Assembly: GCA_951406725.2 (NCBI GenBank)
Contig: OX597828.1
Span: forward strand, 72,354,001-72,418,000
Direction of reading: 5' to 3'
DNA length: 64,000 bases
Source of the DNA: Octopus vulgaris
Lineage: Eukaryota
In this document: piece by piece, positions 54,068 to 64,000 of the stretch
How positions within the stretch are numbered: position 1 is the stretch's first letter
Layout: each line of letters opens with the position of its first letter
Made by a program: the position numbers and the translations under genes
The notes under the pieces: generated by a model
What the model was told of the DNA's origin: nothing
Database searches by the model: none
The model's input: only the letters and a program-made list of their open reading frames with translations

Positions 54068-54100
<33 letters not shown>

Positions 54101-54101
<1 letters not shown>

Positions 54102-54625
54102 GCCAGGCTTCTCCATTGGACACTCTGCAACTGGTATGGACTTGACAGAGCCAAAAATTGTACGACCACAAACCTGAAAGCATTGTCGAAAATAGAAATG
54201 GAAAGATCCTATGGGATTTTATGATTCAGTGCGACCATGAGATAGAGAATAGGAAGCCGGACATATTCTTAATTTTAGAAAGAAAACAAACTATGATGGA
54301 TCATAGATATAGCATGCCCAGCGGACAAAAAGGTATGCGATAAGGAAGGAAGAAATGTCGAGAGATATGACAGGTTAGCTTGGGAGGTTAAGCAGTCGTG
54401 GTCGATTAAAAAGGTAGCAGTAGTACCAATAATTGTCGGAGTCCTGGGAATAGCGAGCAAAAATCATCTCGAAAAGTACGTGAAACAAATAGGGACGGCA
54501 ATATGGGTGGAGCACTTACAGAAAACAGCACTGCTTGGAACCACTGGAATACTCCGGAAGGTGCTCAAAAAATAAGAGGTGTTAGCTTAGTTCACTGGTA
54601 GTGAACAGCTGACACTGTAGCATTT
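54101..54625 (+). pseudogene. 3' end of an R4/Dong-like retrotransposon (restriction-like endonuclease)
   Basis: LHWTLC...YDHKPESIVEN..KILWDFMIQCDHEIENRKPDI...IIDIACP...VVPIIVGVLG...LQKTALLGTTGILRKVL*, with frameshifts. Confidence 0.88.
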
Positions 54626-54669
54626 CTCCCGGCGTGCTAACAATTCTGCCGGCTCGCCGCCTTAAAATA

Positions 54670-55085
54670 TATTCTTTTCTACTCTAGGCACTGGAGGGTG
54701 CCAGTCGATTAAATCGATCCCAGTACGCAACTGGTACTTAACTTATCGACCCCAAAGGGATGAAAGGTAAAGTCGACCTCGGCGCAATTTGAACTCAGAA
54801 TGTAAAGACAGACGTAATATTTCTTTACTACCCACAAGGGGCTAAACACAGAGAGGACAAACAAGGACAGACAAACGGATTAAGTCGATTAAATCAACCC
54901 CAGTGCGAAACTGGTACTATATTTATCGACCCCGTAAGGATGAAAGGCAAAGTCGACCTCGGCGGAATTTGAACTCAGAACGTAACGGCAAACGAAATGC
55001 GGCTACGCATTTCGCCCTAACATTTCTGCCAGCTCGTGCTAACATTTCTGCCAGCTCGTGCTAACATTTCTGCCAGCTCGCCGCC
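54670..55085 (-). mobile_element. Dimeric SINE family A with a triplicated 22-nt head segment
   Basis: CTAACATTTCTGCCAGCTCG occurs three times at 55017-55080. Confidence 0.85.
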
Positions 55086-55289
55086 TTTTTATAATTCTAA
55101 ATAATAATAAAAAATTTCTGAATTTCAAAAAAAAAAAATACCCAACATAGTCAATAATCTCTGCTTGTAGCAGAATATTTACCTAAATTGGTAAACAGGA
55201 CTTCAAATACGGTAAAATCTGTTATTTACACTTTACAGCAATGAGTTACACAGAAAACGCTGCAGGACTCCTGCTATGATTACCCCCTG

Positions 55290-55980
55290 CCGGCAATTCA
55301 TTGTTTCTAGTCTCAGCGATAATCTTTCTAGTTTCTACCACGAAATGAATGATTTTTATTTTATTCCTGATAAAAAAAAAAAAACAAAAAACAACACAAA
55401 ATGATTTCTTTCTTTCTGTCATTAAAAGTAAACGTCCGCGTCTTTGTCGTCGCCGTCGTAATTGTTGTCTTTGCGGTTATTGTTGGGATTGGTTGTGGTT
55501 ATTGTTGTAGTTGCTGTTAATAATAAAAAGCATGGCAGGAGTTGTTTGATCAGGACGGAGAGTAAAACCAGGTTAAAATATAGGATACGACGACTGAGTA
55601 ATAGAATAATAAATAGATTTGTTTGGCGGGGGTTGGGACCATTGATGTGTTCGATAAGGCACGACCCGGGGTTAAACAATGACGGCAGCAACAACAACAA
55701 CAACGACAATGGTTGAAAGTATAGTGGTGTGCTTATGAAGTATACCACGTGACTTCCTAGATTTAGCTTAAATCTTGCTGCACGGCCCGTGGGCCAGTGT
55801 CTTTCACAATGGCCGCAGGTCGACCGCGGCAATATGGGCGAGTGTCGATCAGGGCCCTCATGATTGAATTCGGGTGACGGGGAATCTGTGGAAATGGCGC
55901 CGGACTAACGGTTGATTCTGGAGTTGATTCGTTCTTGGATTTAACAATAATACCAGGCCTACGGGTGCCACTAGTAGAGT
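55290..55980 (-). other. Possible promoter/5' UTR exon region of the RFX6-like gene
   Basis: Non-repetitive, relatively GC/CpG-richer block upstream of the first recognised exon on the gene strand. No in-phase splice donor or convincing protein match was found. Confidence 0.2.
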
Positions 55981-56055
55981 CTCTGTGTCTCTGTCTCTCT
56001 CTCTCTCACTCTACATGCGTGTGTGAGTATGTGTGTATGTGTGTGTGTTGATTCA

Positions 56056-56248
56056 CTAGCTTCTGCACGCATTTTTTTCTCTCCTTGTTTCTCTCCTTGT
56101 TTCTTTTCTGTGTATCTTTCTGTTGAAGAGCGTAGGCTCGAAACGTAAAATACTTGTTTTATTTATATTCCTGAGCGCCATACTAATACAATTGTTTGTT
56201 TGTACTCCACCTGCCTTCGTCTTTTGTTTATTTTCATAAAGCTTCCCG

Positions 56249-56252
<4 letters not shown>
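56056..56252 (+). mobile_element. Solo terminal repeat of the Penelope-like family at 41676
   Basis: Reverse complement of 41678-41855; ends in (TA)n. Confidence 0.88.
56116..56151 (+). ncRNA. Minimal hammerhead (A6U core variant) in a solo PLE terminal repeat
   Basis: CTTT-CTGTTGA-A-GAGCgtagGCTC-GAAA-CG-TA-AAA. Confidence 0.6.
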
Positions 56253-56321
<69 letters not shown>

Positions 56322-56525
56322 AAGTGTTAGTACGTTTAAGGATTTATGACAATTGTTTCGGTAACATTCTGTTGTTAATGCCATAATGCCATTGCATGCA
56401 AAATTTCCATGTGAAAAGTTACGAAATATTTGCGCTATTAAATAGAGTGGCAACAAAAGATAAGCTCTTACACTGTATGTATGTATGTATGCATGTACGT
56501 ACGTACATACGTAAAATAGACGTGC

Positions 56526-57483
56526 CTAGCATGTCTAAGTATGCTTGACCACTAAGAGTATCTTCCAAGAAAAAAAAAATGGTTCTGTTAAACAGCTTGA
56601 TGGCTCTCCACACCAGACATTAATCCTCGGTAAATTGAATGCTTAGTCCATATAAGAAAGGATTTTCTGGTGCCCAGGAAACAGTTATGTCAGTTCACTG
56701 AGCCATTCAGCTTAAACTGGGCTTCGTCTGACCTCACAAACTCTTCATCCTCATCTATCGTATGTTGAAACCACTGACAAAACTAGATTCTTCAATCAGG
56801 ATCGTCATCGTTAGTAACCCTGGAATGTAAGCTTTCTATTCAACTCTTCAGATTCTTTATCGCTTATTCCAGTCTCGCGTACATATTGTGCGGTAGACTT
56901 CTGTGGTGAGTGTGTGAAATGTTCCACACCGGATCCCAGGAAACAGCATTTGTTCCCATACAAGGATCGCCGGATTTTTCCTTTTGCACATCATACGCGG
57001 TACTGTCTGTTTTGAAATTATCAATCACGTATCTGTGAAATTGTCAGGCGTGTTGGAAATTCTGTACCATACTCACGCTTCCGTTGTTATTGAACTTTAA
57101 CAATATTCTCAAATACGAAATCCAACTTTAAAGTGATTTTACGTTTCTTAAACGACAACTGTACCTCAGCCATTTTGTTACAGTTGTCCACAATACCATC
57201 AGAAAGTCATTAGAAAGTTCCCAGATATTTTAATCTCAAAATAATGCCCATTGAACATTTCATACATCGACAACTGATCAAGTACAACGTAAACTTTCCA
57301 GTATCACAACAGTAAAAATCATGGTATTTTTAAAATGCAAAATCCTTTGAAAGTTTTTCATTAAAATTTGAAAAAATAAAATCCTTTTTAAAGCCAACTA
57401 TATCGACAGAGGCCAAAAAAAAAGGGTAAAAAAAGTGTGAAGGTAATTTGAATGTAGTAGTGTGTATGTATTTTTTGGCAGAT

Positions 57484-57488
<5 letters not shown>
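56526..57488 (-). mobile_element. Decayed DD41D-type Tc1/mariner, 5' part
   Basis: ATG at 57173: MAEVQLSFKKRK...FENIVKVQ...PTRLTIS; then DDDPD*RI*FCQWF, SDEAQFKLNGSVN and FFLEDTLSGQAYLDML. Confidence 0.8.
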
Positions 57489-57561
<73 letters not shown>

Positions 57562-57929
57562 CATCTATCCTATCTGTATATATGTTGCAAAGTACATTTC
57601 TTAATCGCACCACTATGCCTCGGTCTAAATAAGTTTTCAAATCTTTAAGTTACTACTAAAATTAATAGAATTCTAAATAGTTCGAAAATTACATTTAAAA
57701 TTATTTTGCTGTATCAGGAGACAAATCCATACTTTTAATTATAAATAAAAGTCTAATTATAAATATCCCGCTAATTATAAATAGAACTGCTGATATAATT
57801 AATATTTCTGGATATGTTTATTTTTGTGATATCGTTTGATATTGTATTTAGCTGATATCGCATCGATCGTTTTAGTTTTAGGCGCATATGTGTGTTTATA
57901 TAAGTCTACATACGTGAATGAGTCACTAT

Positions 57930-57980
<51 letters not shown>

Positions 57981-58045
57981 AGTAGATCACACCCAACACT
58001 CATATATGTATGAATATACTACTACTCTCTCCCTCTCTCGTCTCG

Positions 58046-58102
<57 letters not shown>

Positions 58103-58106
<4 letters not shown>

Positions 58107-58516
58107 CCTTATTGCCCACAGGGGCTAAGCATAGAGGGGACAAACAAGAACAAACAAAGGGATTAAGTTGATTATATCGATCCCAGTGCGTAACTAGTAC
58201 TTATTTAATTGACCCGGAAAGGATGAAAGGCAAAGTCGACCTCGGCGGAATTTGAACTCAGAACGTAGCAGCAGACGAAATACCTATTTCTTTACTACCC
58301 ACAAGTGGTTAAACACAGAGAGGACAAACAAGGACATACAAACAGATTAAGTCGATTACATCGACCCAGTGTGTTACTGGTACTTATTTTATCGACCCTG
58401 AAAGGATGAAAGGCAAAGTCGAACTCAGCGGAATTTGAACTCAGAACGTAGCGGAAGCCGAAATACCACTAAGCATTTCGCCCGTCGTGCTAACGTTTCT
58501 GCCAGCTCGCCGCCTT
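58103..58516 (-). mobile_element. Dimeric SINE family A
   Basis: Head plus two core modules. Confidence 0.88.
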
Positions 58517-58522
58517 CATATG

Positions 58523-58604
<82 letters not shown>

Positions 58605-58697
58605 CATACATATATATATACATATGTATATATATATATGTGTGTGTGTGTGTGTGCGTGTGTGAGTGTCTGTGTGTAAACAGATTCCAAGAGAACA

Positions 58698-58750
<53 letters not shown>

Positions 58751-59063
58751 TTATCTATCTATCTATACACACATATAATTTATACACATGAGTGAGTTTG
58801 AATTTGTGTGTGTGTGTGTATGTAATTTATAGAGAATGATTACGATAAAAATATGATTGTATGTGTCAGATGTGGGAAGTGGAAATAACGGTGAAGGACG
58901 AAAAGAGGAGAAAAAAAAAATTCGTCACGTTTAAACTCGTTTCATCAGCCAAGACTATCTTCCCAGAATCATGGTGGTTTCGGCGCTTAGGAAAATTCGT
59001 TTTTGTTGATTGCACACACACACGCACGGCCACACACGTCCGCACGGCCACACACGTACGCAC

Positions 59064-59118
<55 letters not shown>

Positions 59119-59120
59119 AA

Positions 59121-59296
59121 GGGTGACCTAGAAAGTTACCCTCTGAGTCACAAGTCCGGGAAACGTTGTTTAAGGAAGACCAGCAGTCGCCCATGCATAG
59201 CAGCATCTCCTCTCCACGCCACCGATGTTATCCAAGGGAAAGGCAAAGGGGCCGATACAGCTTGGCACCTGTGACGTCGCAGCTCATTTCTACAGC
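59121..59296 (-). mobile_element. Probable SINE body/tail fragment (another family)
   Basis: GC-richer block beginning CTGTAGAAATGAG; probably continues tRNA heads like those at 34062-34192 and 26270-26380. Linkage is not shown in the window. Confidence 0.45.
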
Positions 59297-60059
59297 CATA
59301 CATAAGGCAAATAAATCGAATATTCGCGATTTGGATTTCCAAAACATCGCGGTGCAGCGAGTTCTTGTGCAAGAGCCTTATTTCAAGTTCCTTTGCAATC
59401 ATTTCGACAAATGCCGTGTGTCACGCAGTGCACCTGTGCTGGTTATGTCCATTTAATGGAGAGAATGACCTAATGTACAGCACAATTCTTTTGAACATTA
59501 TAAACAAATCATCTGCGCAGATTGTTCAGCAAAAAGTAACGGAATCCTCTTTTTGTGTTTACGACAGAAAAGTCCACGATATGTTTACCTATGTTAGTGT
59601 TTTTATACCTGTTGCGTACAGCCAGAATTTTTCTCAACGGCAAACAGCTGTGACTACGGCCTCTTTGCGGACTAAATGTGTTCCCTTCAGGACAGATAGA
59701 TAAACAGACAGACAGTCAAACAGGCAAGCAGGCAGACAAGAAGGCAGACAGGTAGACAGGTAGACAGATAGATAGACAGGGAAATAACCCAGAAATCGTG
59801 ATACATAGATATTATTTTGAGCTGAGTGGGGGTGCTAGATTCCCTTGTTCGAAAATATAAGGACACAGATCGTGTCGTATAGCCAGCTGGAGATGATGTC
59901 TCCTGGGGCTAAATTACAGCAACATTCGTCCTTAACCAGGACTGCCATGTTATGTTGGCAAACAATCTTTACTCCAAAGTACTGTTGCTGAATATCTCTC
60001 GTTGTGAGATTTAGAAATCGTAATTTTCTAATGTCTGTCTATTTGTCTGTCAGCCTGCC

Positions 60060-60161
<102 letters not shown>

Positions 60162-60166
60162 CCTAC

Positions 60167-60209
<43 letters not shown>

Positions 60210-60251
60210 CCTATCTATCTATCTATCTATCCTATCTATCTATCTATCTAC

Positions 60252-60328
<77 letters not shown>

Positions 60329-60667
60329 CACGACTGTATGTATCGTTTCAGTTTTAAGTCGTCGAGACATATTAGGTCACAGCTTGATCTGATAGCGTCG
60401 CATTAAGAACAATTATAATCCATATTTGACGAGGCATTATCGGAATTCGAGGAGGACAGCTTCACTGTGACATAACAATAGATTTAAAGAAAATAACGCG
60501 AGAAATAGTTGCAGGCGGGATTGTGAGACTTAAAGCTTGCTTCCCAACTACATCGTTCCGGGTTCAATCCTACTGCTGGCACCTTGGGCAAGTGTTTTCC
60601 ATGTATGTATGTATGTATGTATGTATGTATGTATGTATGTATGTATGTATGTATGTATGTATGTATG

Positions 60668-60731
<64 letters not shown>

Positions 60732-61274
60732 CGCAACTGAAAAATAGGATAAAATCTTTATAAGAATTTATCAAGTGGTTAGCGCGAAAAACCCCATAAG
60801 GGAAAAACCCCATCAATTATTCCTCTTAAACATATTTATTTATATTAAGGGCCTTACTATATAAAGGCCCTTAATATGAATCAAAATATCTATCTATCTA
60901 TGTTGAGAGCTGGCAGACCTGGGGCGTCGTAAGTGTGCGGCTGATTGACTGAGAAATGATGATGCACCTTAATAAAAGGGTGGTCGGCCGAGATTGGGAG
61001 CGGGGTCGCACGTGTGGGAGTGGCTAGATGAATGCTTGCGTTCAAATCACACAGAAGTCGATTTTGTCGTTTATATTTCCAAGATCGATAAATAAGTACA
61101 TATGTACGAGTAAAGACACACGCGGATCGATTCATTGCAGCAGAATGTATTGGTACTCTCACTTGAAATAATCAATATGTGTGTGTGTGTTTGCATGAAA
61201 GTCTGTCTGCGTGTGTATGGTATATATGTGTGGGTGGATGTGGGTGTATGATATATTTTAAATCATGATATATA

Positions 61275-61314
<40 letters not shown>

Positions 61315-61380
61315 CATACATACATACATATATATATACATATAATTACGAGCATACTTACATATGGACATACGTACATA

Positions 61381-61429
<49 letters not shown>

Positions 61430-61517
61430 GATATATGCATATATGTATCTGTATATATATCTATACTTATATCTCTACCTATTTATATGCCTATGTATCT
61501 ATCTGTCTGTATGTCTG

Positions 61518-61596
<79 letters not shown>

Positions 61597-62131
61597 CGAA
61601 CGCGCAGCTAACGTTTTTCTAACATAGACATAAAAGCTCAGAATTAGAAAGCAGTGTGGTACCGGGGTAGTTTCAGGGTGGGTGAGGGTGACTTAAGTAA
61701 AGATCTTGTGTCTTAAGATCAGAACTAGTTAAATCTGTGAAGCTGTCCGCGCTGAAAATCGAAAGTAAAAAAAAAAATCCAAAAAAATCGATCAACTTTT
61801 CTCAAGCGCCCACACATAGACCTATCTATATGCATGTGTTTGTGTATGTATGTATGTATGTATGTATGTATGTATGTATGTATGTATGTATGTATGTATG
61901 TATGTATGTATGTATGTATGTATGTATGAATGTGTGTATGTATGCATGTATGTATGTATGTATGAATGTGTGTATGTATGTAAGTATGTATGTGTGTGTG
62001 TATGTATATATGGATGGATGGATGTATATATATATGTAAGTATATAGGAATGTATGCATTTGAGTATGTATGTATGTGTGTAATATATGTGTATGTTTGT
62101 ATGAATATATGTGCATGTGTGTGTCTATTTG

Positions 62132-62196
<65 letters not shown>

Positions 62197-62429
62197 ACTT
62201 GTTTGTATATATGTGGATGTATGTGTCTATATGTGCATACAAGTATCTATTTGTATTATATGTGTATGTATGTATGTATATATATATATAAATGTATATA
62301 TGTGTGTGTATGTGTGTGTGTATTTAATGTATGTATATATTCGTATATATGTTAAGTAAGTTTCGATGTATTTGTGTATGTATGCGTGAATGTGTATATG
62401 TCTGTGTATGTAAGAATGTATGCATGTAT

Positions 62430-62660
62430 ATGATTGATTGATTGATTGATTCTAGTTTCAGCTTATGAGCTGTGGCCATGCTGGGGCACCGCCATTTGGT
62501 GTTGCTACTTGGTTTCACTTCATGGAGGCTTTCTAGCAACTGCTATTTGGTGCATGAGAGAGTTCGATGCAGCTGCCCTCATCTGCCCCTCCTGCCGTGA
62601 AGTTGGTTCATCTGGGACACCTGACAGGAAGAGATCCAGCTTCATTTTAAAGACATCTGT
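62430..62660 (-). pseudogene. 3' end of a LINE (CR1/L2/Jockey-group-like) with (ATCA)n tail
   Basis: DVFKMKLDLFLSGVPDEP...RAAASNSL, then a 3' UTR matching the SINE family B tail. Confidence 0.75.
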
Positions 62661-64000
62661 ATGTGCAATGTATATGTATATTTGTACGTATGTGTATGTA
62701 TGTACACCAAAGATGCGAGTGCGTGCTTTTATGTGCGTATCTAAGTACGTATGTGAGTATACATATATATATGCATGTGTGTATGTATTTATATATATAA
62801 ATGTGTATATATGCGTGTATATGTATCTATGCATGGTTGTATATGCTTGTATGTTACGTAAATTGTGAACGTGTGCATGTGTATATATGTATATATATAT
62901 GTGTTTATGTGTGTATGCATCTATTATCTTTTACTTGCTTCAGTAAGATACACACAGACACACAGATAGAGATACACACAGACACACAGACACAGATACA
63001 CACACACACACACATATATGCAATGGGCTTCTTTCACTCGCATAGCGTAAGGCTATAGTAGAAGACACCTGCCCAAGGTGTTAATCAGAGGGACGGAAAC
63101 CAGAGCCATATTTTTGTGAAGGAAGGTTCTTGTCACACAGTCGCAATCTTTTTTTTCTTTAAGGAACTTAAATTCTTCCCAGAGTTCAAACCGGTAACTA
63201 ACAAAACGTCCAGACGCCTTTGAGAATTAAGGAATCCGTAAAGGGGCTTGTGTATTAACGGATATACTTACAGCCCTATAACAGCTCTGCATGTTCCTAT
63301 ACAATGCTGTATGTGTAGATACACTTCCATATGTCTATTGTATGTATGTAGGCGTGTGTACATATGTGTGTGTGGAGTGTGTGTGAACGCATGTGACTGG
63401 GTGCATATGTTCATTCTAGGAATCTCGAATGAAGAATCGTCGAATTGCTTCACAAATCTTCCTTGTACCAATAATCGATAGGATTTGCAAGACTCGTGTT
63501 AGTTTAATTTGTTTTTCCTCTTTGAAAATCCTATAATTTCCAGATTTTATGCAAATCCCTTGTTATATATCCCCGTACACCATGATACTTAGCACAAACG
63601 ATAATCTATCGTAAGACTACAAAAGTTCTAACTCTTGTATCAGTTGACCACAGATTCTGCCAACTGACCTCATATCTCTACCTTCATTCATCTTCCTCGT
63701 ATAACACTCTTAACTATATGTGTATGCGTGCATACATGCATACATGTATGTATATATGTGTGTATGTATGTATGTATGTATGTATGTATGTATGTATGTA
63801 TGTATGTATGTATATATGTATGTATGTATGTATGTATGTTTGCATGTATGTATGTTTGTGTGTATGTATGTATGTATGTATGTATGTATGTATGTATGTA
63901 TGTATGTATGTATGTATGTATGAATGTATGTATGTATGTATATATGTATGTATGTATGTATGAATGTATACATGTATGTATGTATGTATGTATGTATGTG

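Noticed and set aside
55284-55301. ATGAATTGCCGGCAGGGG|gtaatc as the first coding exon of RFX6
   Set aside because: The donor is phase 0 but the exon at 36558 needs phase 1; no homology support.

Overview
This is AT-rich, microsatellite-dense metazoan DNA. The SINE families and repeat landscape suggest a coleoid cephalopod such as Octopus (inference). The only host gene I can support is an RFX6-type winged-helix transcription factor on the minus strand. It has six GT-AG-bounded coding exons (36294-36558, 29623-29746, 22197-22258, 17698-17775, 16246-16273, 12541-12648) that splice into one frame covering the DNA-binding domain. I did not find the first coding exon, nor the next conserved exon within 1-12540. 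The introns and flanks hold tRNA-derived SINEs, decayed Tc1/mariner elements (DD34D, DD37D, two DD41D-type), R4/Dong-like and other LINE remnants, a non-autonomous Helitron, a ~1 kb foldback element and a Penelope-like (GIY-YIG) element. The most notable layer is invisible in the ORF track: about 19 intact or degenerate type I hammerhead ribozyme (HHR) motifs found by eye, from several unrelated repeat families. Several sit in head-to-head inverted pairs typical of Penelope-like elements (PLEs). The best candidate for an undescribed system is a two-copy composite: tRNA (Pol III) head + microsatellite + hammerhead-bearing PLE-like tail (37971-38347 +, 52437-52832 -), i.e. a possible ribozyme-carrying SINE mobilised by PLEs. 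All RNA folds were assigned by eye and no activity is shown. Most listed ORFs are microsatellite artefacts.
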